From assembly GCA_016214105.1 (NCBI GenBank), contig JACRPD010000023.1, forward strand, positions 1 through 40,193: 40,193 nucleotides of DNA, in the 5' to 3' direction. Positions within the stretch are counted from its first letter, which is position 1; each line of letters opens with the position of its first letter. Both the position numbers and the translations under genes were made by a program. The stretch is from Candidatus Magasanikiibacteriota bacterium (GTDB taxonomy: Bacteria > Patescibacteriota > Patescibacteriia > Magasanikbacterales > UBA922). Below are positions 30,702-40,151 of this stretch, in pieces. The notes below the pieces were generated by a model. It was not told the origin of the DNA and searched no databases. It saw only the letters and a list, made by a program, of their open reading frames with translations.

Positions 30702-32129
30702 ATGTCCACACGCGCGATCGCGCATAATACTATTGTCCAAATTGTCGGAAAAATTATCTCCGTAGCTTTGGGTTTGCTCGCTCTCGGCATGATGACGCGA
30801 TATTTGGGGCAAGAACAATTTGGCTGGTATATTACTACTATTTCTTTTTTGACTTTTGCCGGTATTTTGACAGATTTCGGATTGATTCCGGTCAGCGCGC
30901 AAATGTTAAGCGAACCGGAGCATGACAAAACAAAACTATTCCGCAACCTTATCGGCTTCCGCTTGGCGACCGCGATAATTTTTCTCGGTCTTGCTCCACT
31001 GGCCGCGCTATTTTTCCCCTACCCGACAATAATCAAACAAGCCATCGCGTTAACCGCCGTCGCTTTCATGGGCGTGGCCATGAATCAGGTATTCTTCGGC
31101 CTTTACCAGACAAAATTAAAAATGCACATCCCGACGATTGGCGAACTTACCGGCAGGGTTGTTTTGATTGCCGGCCTTTGGTTGTTGATTAATCTAAAAG
31201 CCGGATTCATGCCGATAATGGCGGTCGTGGTTTTAAACAGCGCCAGTTATACGCTCGTATTGTGGATCGCGGCAAGAAAATATACGCCCGTCAGCCCGGC
31301 CTTTGATTGGAATATTTGGAAAGCAATCTGCAAAAAAATGTGGCCGATCGCGATCGCGATTATTTTCAATGTCGTTTACCTGAAAGGCGACGCGATTATT
31401 CTCTCAATTTTCAAAAGCCAATCCGAGGTCGGAATTTATGGCGCGGCTTATCGCGTGATTGATATTTTGGCGCAAACCGCGATGATGATAATGGGTGTTA
31501 TCCTGCCTTTGCTTGCCTATAACTGGACGCGTAATCTAAAAACCGAATTTAAAAAATATTACCAACAGGCTTTTGACGCGATAATGCTTATGGCGGTGCC
31601 GATTATGTTTGGGCTGATAATGCTGGCGGATAAAATTATGGTTTTTGTCGCTGGCAGTGAATTCGCCATGGCCGGCAAACCGCTGCAAATTTTGGCAATC
31701 GCAGTGTTTGGTGTTTACTTGGGCGCAATATTCGGTCATGTCGCGGTGGCAATTAACCGGCAAAAACAAACATTGTGGATTTACATTTCCGACGCGATTC
31801 TCACTCTAATCGGCTACTTATTTTTTATACCTCGTTTTGGCATGTATGGCGCGGCATGGATGACGGTTTTTTCCGAACTCTACGCCGGCTTTCTGCTCTG
31901 GTTGGTAATCAGACATTACAGTCAAGAAAAAATCCAGCTAAAAACTTTTGGGAAAATTTTACTCTCCGGATTGTTGATGTCAGTTGTTTTGTGGCAAATG
32001 AGACAAGCGGGGTTATTTATCCAGTTGATTACGGCTCCCATAGTTTATTTAACAGCGATTTTTGCGCTAAAAGCGGTTTCCAAACAAACCATAAAAGATA
32101 TTTTCGCCCTAAAAACAAAAACAACCTAA
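30702..32129 (+). CDS. Polysaccharide/oligosaccharide flippase (MOP superfamily, Wzx-like)
   Basis: About 475 aa with about 12-14 TM helices. The N-terminus NTIVQIVGKIISVALGLLALGMMTRYLGQEQFG is typical of this family. The ATG at 30702 is preferred because the start at 30642 lies in repeat R5. Confidence 0.8.
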   Translation: MSTRAIAHNTIVQIVGKIISVALGLLALGMMTRYLGQEQFGWYITTISFLTFAGILTDFGLIPVSAQMLSEPEHDKTKLFRNLIGFRLATAIIFLGLAPLAALFFPYPTIIKQAIALTAVAFMGVAMNQVFFGLYQTKLKMHIPTIGELTGRVVLIAGLWLLINLKAGFMPIMAVVVLNSASYTLVLWIAARKYTPVSPAFDWNIWKAICKKMWPIAIAIIFNVVYLKGDAIILSIFKSQSEVGIYGAAYRVIDILAQTAMMIMGVILPLLAYNWTRNLKTEFKKYYQQAFDAIMLMAVPIMFGLIMLADKIMVFVAGSEFAMAGKPLQILAIAVFGVYLGAIFGHVAVAINRQKQTLWIYISDAILTLIGYLFFIPRFGMYGAAWMTVFSELYAGFLLWLVIRHYSQEKIQLKTFGKILLSGLLMSVVLWQMRQAGLFIQLITAPIVYLTAIFALKAVSKQTIKDIFALKTKTT

Positions 32130-32132
32130 TTT

Positions 32133-33518
32133 ATGCTCGGGTGGTTAATAACAATTTACGCTCTATTATTCGCCTTTCTAACTTGGCGTCGATTTGATGT
32201 CGCTTTAGCGATATTTTTCTTTGCCTTGCCCAGCTATCTTATCCGCTTTAACGTCGGCCATCTGCCGACTACGTTGTTGGAAATGATGTTTGGAATTATC
32301 ACTATTGACTGGGTTGTCAGGTATCATAAGCGGAACATGGCACATGGAACATGGAACATCCGCCGACACAAAACACTGTTCTGCGCAATCGCGCTATTTC
32401 TACTCGCCGCGACTGTCTCTGTTTTTAACTCGACCCATCTCCGCGCCGCGATGGGAGAATGGAAAACATTTTATGTTGAACCGATAGTCATGTTTCTAAT
32501 AATAGTCACGATGTCGCCACAACAATTTAACAATTTAACAATTAAACAATCCAAAAACTTTATAATTTTCGGTTTGGTGGCTGGCGGGTTGGTAACCTCG
32601 CTATTGGCGATCTACCAACACTTTACCGGCTGGATGGTGCCGGAAGCGTTTTGGGCTAATCAAAATACCTATCGCGCTACTGCGTGGTATGGGTTTCCAA
32701 ATGCGGTGGGATTGTTTTTAGCGCCGATTATTCCGTTTGCTGTATACTCAACCATTCAGACTTGGAAGAAAATACAGAGCCACAAACTTTCAGTCATAAG
32801 CCATAAGAAACTAAAACTTACGGCTTACGGCTTACGGCTTACGGCTGCAGTCTTAACTATACCCGCGTCCATCTTTGCAATTTACTTTGCCAAGTCAACA
32901 GGAGCATTAATTGGCCTCGCCGCCGGTTTATTATTTTTTCTTTTTTTCTACAATAAAAAATCTCGCCTTATTGTCTGCCTCGTAAGCCTTGTCGGCATTG
33001 TAAGCCTCGTAAGCCTCCCGACAAACAATCCAGTCAAACAAGAATTGCTGCTTCAAGACCGCTCCGGCCAAATTCGTCTGGGTATTTGGAATGAAACTTG
33101 GGAATTCCTAAAAGATAATCCGATCTTGGGCGCCGGCCTGGCTTCTTATCAAGAAAAAATTAAACCCTACCACACGACTGTCAACAACGAAAATATAGAA
33201 ATATTTCATCATCCGCATAATATATTTTTGACGATGTGGGTGAATTTGGGGTTGATGGGCTTAATTGGTTTTATCTTAATCATAATTTGGTTTTTCAAAA
33301 CATCGTGGAACAATTTAACAATTCTCCACCCGAGGCGGATCAGCCTTGGGCTGAAACAATTTAACAATTCAACAATTTATCTCGCCTCCTCAATGGTTGT
33401 CATCCTCGTCGCCGGGCTGGTGGATTCGCCTTACATCAAAAACGATTTGGCGATGTTGTTTTGGCTTCTGCCGGCGTTGTTGATTTTACAAAAAAATGGC
33501 GGAATTGTTCAAAAATAA
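32133..33518 (+). CDS. O-antigen ligase-like (Wzy_C) membrane protein carrying several in-frame repeat insertions
   Basis: Polytopic protein. HHPHNIFLTMWVNLGLMGLIGF matches the Wzy_C signature H.HN..L....E.G..G. Confidence 0.75.
   Translation: MLGWLITIYALLFAFLTWRRFDVALAIFFFALPSYLIRFNVGHLPTTLLEMMFGIITIDWVVRYHKRNMAHGTWNIRRHKTLFCAIALFLLAATVSVFNSTHLRAAMGEWKTFYVEPIVMFLIIVTMSPQQFNNLTIKQSKNFIIFGLVAGGLVTSLLAIYQHFTGWMVPEAFWANQNTYRATAWYGFPNAVGLFLAPIIPFAVYSTIQTWKKIQSHKLSVISHKKLKLTAYGLRLTAAVLTIPASIFAIYFAKSTGALIGLAAGLLFFLFFYNKKSRLIVCLVSLVGIVSLVSLPTNNPVKQELLLQDRSGQIRLGIWNETWEFLKDNPILGAGLASYQEKIKPYHTTVNNENIEIFHHPHNIFLTMWVNLGLMGLIGFILIIIWFFKTSWNNLTILHPRRISLGLKQFNNSTIYLASSMVVILVAGLVDSPYIKNDLAMLFWLLPALLILQKNGGIVQK
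32332..32361 (+). repeat. In-frame GGAACATG-unit tract
   Basis: GGAACATGGCACATGGAACATGGAACATCC encodes RNMAHGTWNI. Confidence 0.7.
32521..32550 (+). repeat. In-frame CAATTTAA-unit tract (copy b)
   Basis: AACAATTTAACAATTTAACAATTAAACAAT encodes QFNNLTIKQ. Confidence 0.8.
32793..32846 (+). repeat. In-frame CTTACGGC-unit tract with a local hairpin
   Basis: GTCATAAGCCATAAG, loop AAACTAAAA, then (CTTACGGC)x3.75. It encodes SHKKLKLTAYGLRLTA. Confidence 0.7.
32977..33018 (+). repeat. In-frame tract that is the imperfect inverted complement of 32817-32846
   Basis: GCCTCGTAAGCCTTGTCGGCATTGTAAGCCTCGTAAGCCTCC. CGTAAGCC is the reverse complement of GGCTTACG. Confidence 0.6.
33309..33380 (+). repeat. 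In-frame composite: two CAATTTAA-unit tracts (copies c1 and c2) flanking a small GC hairpin
   Basis: GAACAATTTAACAATTC at 33309-33325. Hairpin CCCGAGG-CGGATCAG-CCTTGGG at 33329-33350. AAACAATTTAACAATTCAACAATTTAT at 33354-33380. Confidence 0.8.
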
Positions 33519-34119
33519 ATTTCGTATCCCCTCCGCCCGATTGCCCGGTTACGATTACGGCCAACCGGGGTTTTATTTTGTCACAATTTGCGCGGAATTG
33601 CGGGTGTGTTATTTTGGCGATGTGTTGGATGGCGAAATGGTGTTGAATGATGCCGGAAAAATTGTTTTAAATGAATTATTGAAAACACCGCAAATCCGGC
33701 CAAATGTAACATTGGACGAATTTGTTGTTATGCCGAACCATTTACACATAATAATCATAATTAATGAAATCCGATCAACAACATCGGTGGCGGCGGGGTT
33801 GGTGGCGGAATCGGAATCGGTAGTAGAGACGCATTGCAATGCGTCTCTACACGAACGACCGCGCCATGATGACAAACCATACCACAACAAATTTGGGCCG
33901 CAACGAAACAATTTGGCATCAATCGTGCGCGGTTTTAAATCAACCACCACCAAACAAATCAATAAAAAATACGGTCACAAATATTTCGCCTGGCAATCGC
34001 GATTTTACGACCACATAATCCGCGACGAAATATCTTACAATAATATCCAATATTACATCCAACAAAATCCCGCCAAATGGTGGCGTGACCGGAATAATCA
34101 CGAGGGTTTGTTGATGTAA
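33496..34119 (+). CDS. IS200/IS605-family Y1 (HUH) transposase-like protein, RAYT-like
   Basis: HUH motif in VVMPNHLHIII. The C-terminal part AWQSRFYDHIIRDEISYNNIQYYIQQNP carries the catalytic-Tyr region. It overlaps the ligase 3' end by 23 nt. Confidence 0.8.
   Translation: MAELFKNKFRIPSARLPGYDYGQPGFYFVTICAELRVCYFGDVLDGEMVLNDAGKIVLNELLKTPQIRPNVTLDEFVVMPNHLHIIIIINEIRSTTSVAAGLVAESESVVETHCNASLHERPRHDDKPYHNKFGPQRNNLASIVRGFKSTTTKQINKKYGHKYFAWQSRFYDHIIRDEISYNNIQYYIQQNPAKWWRDRNNHEGLLM
33823..33850. repeat. Perfect 28-nt palindrome inside the transposase CDS (REP-like)
   Basis: GTAGAGACGCATTG|CAATGCGTCTCTAC, read in frame as VVETHCNASLH. Confidence 0.85.
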
Positions 34120-34128
34120 AAAAACAAA

Positions 34129-34153
34129 AGAGACGAAGCAGTGCCTCGTCTCT
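34129..34153. terminator. REP-like hairpin/terminator between the transposase gene and uvrA
   Basis: AGAGACGA (34129-34136) pairs with TCGTCTCT (34146-34153), followed by AC. It shares the (GT)AGAGACG...CGTCTCTAC arms with the palindrome at 33823-33850. Confidence 0.6.
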
Positions 34154-34167
34154 ACGAAATTAAACCT

Positions 34168-36996
34168 CTAATTCAATAATCGCTTCAAATACATCCCCGT
34201 ATAACTCCTCTTCACCTTTGCCACATCAACCGGGGTGCCTTGGGCGACGATTTCACCGCCGCGCTTGCCGCCTTCGGGACCCAAATCAATAATCCAATCC
34301 GCGCATTTAATTACATCTAAATTGTGTTCAATAATTAAAACCGTGTTGCCCTTTTCCACCAATTGATTCAAAACTTCTGATAGCCGCCTAATATCTTCAA
34401 AATGCAGACCGGTCGTGGGTTCGTCCAAAATATACAATGTGCGGCCGGTGGCGCGGCGAGCTAATTCCGTGGCTAATTTAACACGCTGGGCTTCTCCGCC
34501 AGATAGTGTGGTGGCGGATTGGCCGAGATGAACATAGCCAAGACCGACATCGCGCAAAATTTTTAATTTATCGGCAATCGCCGGCACATCGCGAAAAAAT
34601 GGACAGGCTTCTTCCACTGCCATACCAAGAACATCAGCGATATTTTTGCCGTGATAATGCACTTCCAGCGCTTCTTTGTTATACCGCTTGCCTTGGCATT
34701 CAGCGCATTCCACGAATACATCTGATAAAAATTGCATCGGAATGCGGACATAACCTTCCCCGGCGCAGGCTTCGCAGCGGCCGCCGCCTTTAACATTAAA
34801 ACTGAATTTGTCGGCGTCATAACCGCGCATTTTTGCTTCCGGCACCGCGGTAAACACGTCGCGAATCGCGCTGAACACGCCGGTGTAGGTGGCCGGGTTT
34901 GAACGCGGGGTGCGGCCGATTGCGGTTTGATCAATCACAATTACTTTATCAATATTTGACAGGCCAACGACTTTTTTGTGTTCCGCCGGCTCGTCTTTGG
35001 CGCGATAAAAATGTTTGTTTAAAGATTTGCCAAGAATATCGCTGATTAAAGTTGACTTGCCGGAGCCGGAAACGCCGGTAACGCAAACTAACTTGCCCAA
35101 CGGAATATCTACGTCAATATTTTTTAAATTAAACGCCTTGGCGCCGATAATGCTGATGCTCTTGCCTTTGCCGAAATGATGTTTTTTCGGCGCGGAAATT
35201 TTTTCTTTGCCTAACAAATAACGCCCGGTTAATGATTTCGTGTTTCGCTTGATGTCAATGACTGATCCGATCGCCACAATCTCGCCGCCATACTCGCCCG
35301 CGCCCGGCCCGACATCAACCACATAATCCGCGGCTTCAATCATCGCTTTATCATGCTCAACCACGATCACAGTATTATCTTGATCGCGTAAAAATTTTAA
35401 AGTGCTGATCAACTTATCATTATCGCGCGAATGCAAACCGACCGATGGCTCGTCTAAAATATAAATCACGCCGGTCAAACCGGTAGAAAGCTGGGTTGAT
35501 AATCTGACTCTCTGCGCCTCGCCGCCGGACAAAGTGTTAATTGACCGATCAAGCGACAGATAATACAAGCCGACGCGCAATAAATCATCCAATCGTTTAT
35601 TGATTTCTTTAATAATCGGCGCGGCCACCACCAACTCTTTCTTACTGAATTGTTTGCTTGTGTTTTTTTTCGCTATTAGCCAAGTTTTAAAAAACAAACC
35701 GGCCTCTTCAGCGCTCATTTCCGCCAAATCAGCGATGGAATGATCGTCAATTTTTATAAATAACGATTCGGTGCGCAAACGCTTGCCTTTACAAACAGAA
35801 CAAACTCGCTCATGCATATATTGCTCAATCTCTTTCCTGACATATTCAGAATCGGTTTCAAAATGCCGTTGAGTCAAATTCGGAACAATTCCTTCAAACT
35901 GCGCTTTTTTGCCAGCGACTTCGTATTCCTCGCCGTCAGTGCCGTAAAACAAAACATCCATCACATCTTTGGATAAATCTTTTACCGGAGTATTTAAAGA
36001 AAAATTACGCGCTTTCGCCACTTCTACCAAAAGTTTTTGATAATAACCTTGATTGCCAACGATTCTGGTCCAAGGCTGAATCGCGCCTTCGGCCAATGTC
36101 AAACGCGGATTGGGAATAACCAATTCCGGATCAACTTCCAAAGTAATGCCGAGGCCGGTACAGCGCGGACAAGCGCCGTAAGGACTATTAAAACTAAAAC
36201 TGCGCGGCTCAATCGGATCAAATCTTTTGCCGCACTGCCGGCAGAACGCATTGGTGGAAAAAATATAATCCTCGCCGGTTTTTTCATCGCAGACAACCAC
36301 ATCGCCATTGGATAAATCAATCGCCTTATCAACCATTGCAACGAAATCTTGTTTTTTAATGTCAAAAATTCTGCCCGCCAGCAGCTCAACCGTGTATTTT
36401 TTCTGGGATTCAAATTTAAACCGGCTTACCTCGGTCAATTTCATCACCGCGCCATTAACCCGCGCCTCTTCCGCGCCGGTTTGCTCCAAACGCGTCAGCA
36501 ATTCTTTCAATTTAACTTGCCCTTCTTGAATCAGTGGCGAAAGAATGAGCAAAGCGTTTGACTTCCGGCCGATTTTTCTCACCTCTTCCACAATTTCGCC
36601 GATTGAATGCGCGCGAACCGCAATCCCGCATTCCGGACAATATTGCGTACCGAGCCGAGCGAATAGCAAACGCAAGTGGTCATAGATCTCGGTAATCGTA
36701 CCCACTGTTGAACGCGGATTTTGCAAAACCGACCGCTGGTCAATCGCGATGGTCGGCGACAAACCTCTGATTTCATCCACATCCGGCCGGTCCTGCAATT
36801 CCATAAATCTCCGCGCGTAAGCGGATAAGCTTTCGGCATAACGCCTCTGCCCTTCGGCGTAAATCGTGTCAAAAGCCAAAGAGGACTTTCCCGAGCCGGA
36901 AAGTCCTGTGATTACCGTAAGTTTATTTTTTGGAATCTCGAGCGAGACGTTTTTCAGGTTATGCACCCGAGAGTTGATTATTTTGATGCAGTTCAC
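34168..36996 (-). CDS. uvrA: Excinuclease ABC subunit A
   Basis: Two ABC ATPase modules ([31 protein letters not shown] twice) and zinc-finger cysteines. GTG start. Confidence 0.97.
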   Translation of the reverse strand: MNCIKIINSRVHNLKNVSLEIPKNKLTVITGLSGSGKSSLAFDTIYAEGQRRYAESLSAYARRFMELQDRPDVDEIRGLSPTIAIDQRSVLQNPRSTVGTITEIYDHLRLLFARLGTQYCPECGIAVRAHSIGEIVEEVRKIGRKSNALLILSPLIQEGQVKLKELLTRLEQTGAEEARVNGAVMKLTEVSRFKFESQKKYTVELLAGRIFDIKKQDFVAMVDKAIDLSNGDVVVCDEKTGEDYIFSTNAFCRQCGKRFDPIEPRSFSFNSPYGACPRCTGLGITLEVDPELVIPNPRLTLAEGAIQPWTRIVGNQGYYQKLLVEVAKARNFSLNTPVKDLSKDVMDVLFYGTDGEEYEVAGKKAQFEGIVPNLTQRHFETDSEYVRKEIEQYMHERVCSVCKGKRLRTESLFIKIDDHSIADLAEMSAEEAGLFFKTWLIAKKNTSKQFSKKELVVAAPIIKEINKRLDDLLRVGLYYLSLDRSINTLSGGEAQRVRLSTQLSTGLTGVIYILDEPSVGLHSRDNDKLISTLKFLRDQDNTVIVVEHDKAMIEAADYVVDVGPGAGEYGGEIVAIGSVIDIKRNTKSLTGRYLLGKEKISAPKKHHFGKGKSISIIGAKAFNLKNIDVDIPLGKLVCVTGVSGSGKSTLISDILGKSLNKHFYRAKDEPAEHKKVVGLSNIDKVIVIDQTAIGRTPRSNPATYTGVFSAIRDVFTAVPEAKMRGYDADKFSFNVKGGGRCEACAGEGYVRIPMQFLSDVFVECAECQGKRYNKEALEVHYHGKNIADVLGMAVEEACPFFRDVPAIADKLKILRDVGLGYVHLGQSATTLSGGEAQRVKLATELARRATGRTLYILDEPTTGLHFEDIRRLSEVLNQLVEKGNTVLIIEHNLDVIKCADWIIDLGPEGGKRGGEIVAQGTPVDVAKVKRSYTGMYLKRLLN

Positions 36997-37008
36997 AAAT
37001 TTAAAAAA

Positions 37009-38718
37009 TTAATTTTTATCCCGACAACTGGTCGGATCATCTACCACCCACTTCCAAAAACCCTTTACTACCTCGGCAGTCGGAGCGAGAACCGCCCCAA
37101 CAGCCAACCCGCCCCCTGAACCAATTACCGGAAATACAAACGTACCGGCAACACCGCCAGCCGCCGCACCAGCGGCTATTCCCTCTAAAGTTGGCCATTC
37201 CATCCCATTTGCCACAGCCGGAAAATTAGTCCTGGTAATACTTATATTACAGAAATATCCATTCTTTAATTCCTCAAGAGAAATTAAGTTCTGAGTATAC
37301 TTCGGATCATTGGCAACAATAAACGCGACAGTTGGAATAGATACATAAGCGCAGGAGCATCCGATATTTCCAGGCCCACAATTAACAGTTGAATAATACT
37401 TTTTCTGAAAAGCAGTTGATAAATTAACACTGCAATCATGCGAACCTGGAGCGGTTTGACCAACCGCGTGCCAATCATCTGTGCCTCCAGTCCATGGCAT
37501 ACCCTCAAACCAACCGTTGACACTCCCACCGGTTTCATCATTCGTTTCCACACCAAGATAAAAACCGGCCACACCGGCATAATCATTGCAGATTGTTTCT
37601 ATAGAAGAAACATAAGGAATTTTGTATGAATCACCATTCTTATTGCCCATGTAGTCTATATCGATAACTTCTTTTATTTTACCTTCACTCTTGCATAGTG
37701 CCAACAATTTTATGTTATTACCTGAATCCACTGCCGGAACCCCAACCGGACCGAAAGTACCGTCAACCGCCCCAACCAACATACCATCAACACATTTCCC
37801 CTTCACACATGCTGACTTATCAGCAGTATTGCAAACCGTTCCACCGCACGTCAACCCTCCCCCACCCTCCACAAAATACTCCTTGCCACACTTCGGTAGT
37901 ACTTCATCGTAAGTTTTAAATCCCTTTTGTTGTCCATCGCTATATTGGTTCGCATACTTATCGCTGGAAGTTTCTTTGGCAAAATAGAACTTCTTGTCTT
38001 TAACCGCATCGCAGTATGGCGGAACCAAACTAGCCCCATTAATCATCCAAATATTCGGCAGACGAAAATTTACCAAATACGGATTGATTAAATTTAAAAT
38101 AAAATACGCCATCACTGCCAAAAACAATCCCATCAGCGCGTTGCCAATTTTTTTATGCGCCCCGCTGATCACCTCCTGATTCCCGCCGGACATGATCCAA
38201 TCAAATCCGGCTTTGATGATCATCATCACCGCCAAAATGCTGGCCACGACTATGCCATAACGATAAATCCATTTTATAAACTCGCCGATGTGGGTGTAGG
38301 TGCTTGGCTGGCCACCCGCCTCGCCCCAATTCAAACCCATCTTGGCTGTTGTCCCGGGCAGACAAAAACCGATTATCTTATTACTGGAATCCTTTTCCAT
38401 TTTGCATGCCTCTTTAGTTTCATCATTGGGGCCGACAAATGTTCCAAACGCCTTTCCTTCACAGTCGTCCTTGGTCCAACAGCGTTGGTCAACGCCGATG
38501 TAAGTAAAACCGGTTCCGCCGTCAACACTCCCACCGGAACTTGACCCACCGCTTGGAGCAACCGGTGTTGACTCTGGCTCTGGTTGCGATGACTCCGCGT
38601 CGGCGCAAGTTTGCTGGCTCGGGTCGCAAGCTTCATCGGCAAAAGACACCTGCGTCAATAAAAATTGCCCAAACAGCAAGATTAAAAAATAAATTGTAAA
38701 TCGTAAATATTTTTTCAT
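37009..38718 (-). CDS. Cys-rich secreted/membrane protein with a central two-helix hairpin reminiscent of T4SS-pilin (TrbC/VirB2-like) domains
   Basis: It has a signal peptide and about 20 Cys by my count. The central part is [32 protein letters not shown]...[22 protein letters not shown]. The C-terminus has a Gly/Ala-rich hydrophobic segment. Confidence 0.55.
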   Translation of the reverse strand: MKKYLRFTIYFLILLFGQFLLTQVSFADEACDPSQQTCADAESSQPEPESTPVAPSGGSSSGGSVDGGTGFTYIGVDQRCWTKDDCEGKAFGTFVGPNDETKEACKMEKDSSNKIIGFCLPGTTAKMGLNWGEAGGQPSTYTHIGEFIKWIYRYGIVVASILAVMMIIKAGFDWIMSGGNQEVISGAHKKIGNALMGLFLAVMAYFILNLINPYLVNFRLPNIWMINGASLVPPYCDAVKDKKFYFAKETSSDKYANQYSDGQQKGFKTYDEVLPKCGKEYFVEGGGGLTCGGTVCNTADKSACVKGKCVDGMLVGAVDGTFGPVGVPAVDSGNNIKLLALCKSEGKIKEVIDIDYMGNKNGDSYKIPYVSSIETICNDYAGVAGFYLGVETNDETGGSVNGWFEGMPWTGGTDDWHAVGQTAPGSHDCSVNLSTAFQKKYYSTVNCGPGNIGCSCAYVSIPTVAFIVANDPKYTQNLISLEELKNGYFCNISITRTNFPAVANGMEWPTLEGIAAGAAAGGVAGTFVFPVIGSGGGLAVGAVLAPTAEVVKGFWKWVVDDPTSCRDKN

Positions 38719-39503
38719 TTTGTTTTATTCAAAAAACTCAAAATAATCTCGTCCCACTGTTTCGCGGTTAAGACCCCGCCGATTTTCACGCCATTGACTA
38801 AATAACTGGGCGTGCCCTGCAAGCCGATTTCCATCGCGTCTTTGGTGTCAAGATTTATTTCCTGATTATATTTTTCCGTTGCTAAACAAAGATTAAACAT
38901 GTCTGTGTTTAATCCCAGCTCTTTGGCGTTCGCCAACAAAGTTTCGGTCCGCAAATCTTGTGTGGTAAAAAGCAAATTATAATACTCCAGAAATTTTCCC
39001 TGCTCTTGCGCGCAAGATGCCGCTTCGGCCGCGACTAACGAATCTTGGTGAATGCTTACTAACGGCAGATATTTAAACACGACCCTAATCACCGGTTCAT
39101 ACTTGCGCGTCACTTCTTGAAAAACTGGAAATGCTTCTCGCGAATAAGGACATTGAAAATCATAAAAAACTAAAATCGTTATCGGCGCGTTTTCAGCGCC
39201 GATAATCTGATTGCTCGGCCGGATGTATTTCGCGTAATCTCCGATAAAATCGCTGGTATTCTTGGCATTAGACAAGAACTGGTCCGTGCTCATCATTTTC
39301 TTGTTGCTCGCGAATTGTTTACCGACTCCCTCGGCGTCACCAAACCGCAATTGCCAAGCGTAATAAGCAAAAAAGCCGGCAAAAGATAAGCCGGCAACCA
39401 AAAACAATCCCAATATTACCAAAACCGCGATTCCCCAGCCTTTTTTATACCACTTTTTCACTATGACCGGAGTATTAATTTGTGAAGTAAAATTCTCCTC
39501 CAT
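38715..39503 (-). CDS. Membrane-anchored DsbA/thioredoxin-fold protein with a CxxS active site
   Basis: It has an N-terminal TM helix. ITILVFYDFQCPYSREAFPV carries CPYS where DsbA family members have CPxC. The ATG at 39503 is preferred because the track extension overlaps the promoter. Confidence 0.75.
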   Translation of the reverse strand: MEENFTSQINTPVIVKKWYKKGWGIAVLVILGLFLVAGLSFAGFFAYYAWQLRFGDAEGVGKQFASNKKMMSTDQFLSNAKNTSDFIGDYAKYIRPSNQIIGAENAPITILVFYDFQCPYSREAFPVFQEVTRKYEPVIRVVFKYLPLVSIHQDSLVAAEAASCAQEQGKFLEYYNLLFTTQDLRTETLLANAKELGLNTDMFNLCLATEKYNQEINLDTKDAMEIGLQGTPSYLVNGVKIGGVLTAKQWDEIILSFLNKTK

Positions 39504-39528
39504 ATTATTAAAGTAACTTTGGGTGAGT

Positions 39529-39557
39529 ATAGTATAGCATGTTTTTGGATTTGTCAA
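39529..39557 (-). promoter_or_regulatory. Sigma70-type promoter for the DsbA-like / Cys-rich / uvrA gene string
   Basis: The minus strand reads TTGACA (39557-39552), a 17-nt spacer, then TACTAT (39534-39529). TATACT is the alternative at a 15-nt spacing. Confidence 0.5.
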
Positions 39558-39563
39558 CAACAC

Positions 39564-40130
39564 TCACCACTTTAACTTCCCCATCCTCATCAAATACCCG
39601 AGTCTGATAATATTATACGCCAGAAACTCGTTTTCTATTTTGCCGTCCGAGGCGAGTTGCGCCGCTTTTTTTATTGAAGTCGGCACAAGTTTAATCGGAA
39701 AATCTTCATCACCGACAAGAGGCGCCGGGTACAAATCTTTGGCTAAAAAAACCCGCGCGTCCCACAACAAATTTTCCGTGGGAAATTTAGTGTGGAATAG
39801 CTTCCAGGTTTTCGCATCATAACCGGTTTCTTCGCGCAACTCGCGATGAGCCGCTTTCAGTGGCGATTCATTTTTTTTGTCGCGTCGGCCAGCCGGTAAA
39901 AATAAAACCTCGCGCTTATGCCGATGCCTAAACTCGCGTATTAACAACAATCTGCCTTTTTTATCAAACGGCATTATCACCACCGAATCATTGCGGGAGC
40001 AGTATTCAAAGGTTTTTTTAGTCCCGTCAGGAAACACTACCGACCGCTGATCAATTTCAAAAATAATGCCGCTGTAGACTTTTTTGAGAGTACCGTAGGT
40101 GAGTTTGTGATTTTTATCATACCGTGGCAT
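39564..40130 (-). CDS. NUDIX hydrolase (ADP-ribose pyrophosphatase-like)
   Basis: Nudix box GRRDKKNESPLKAAHRELREETGY. Confidence 0.85.
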   Translation of the reverse strand: MPRYDKNHKLTYGTLKKVYSGIIFEIDQRSVVFPDGTKKTFEYCSRNDSVVIMPFDKKGRLLLIREFRHRHKREVLFLPAGRRDKKNESPLKAAHRELREETGYDAKTWKLFHTKFPTENLLWDARVFLAKDLYPAPLVGDEDFPIKLVPTSIKKAAQLASDGKIENEFLAYNIIRLGYLMRMGKLKW

Positions 40131-40151
40131 AGTGGTTGATTGTGTTAAAAG

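Noticed and set aside
32332-33380. Short-unit repeat tracts as a CRISPR array.
   Set aside because: The units are 7-8 nt in direct tandem without spacers, they lie inside ORFs or leaders, and no cas genes are present.
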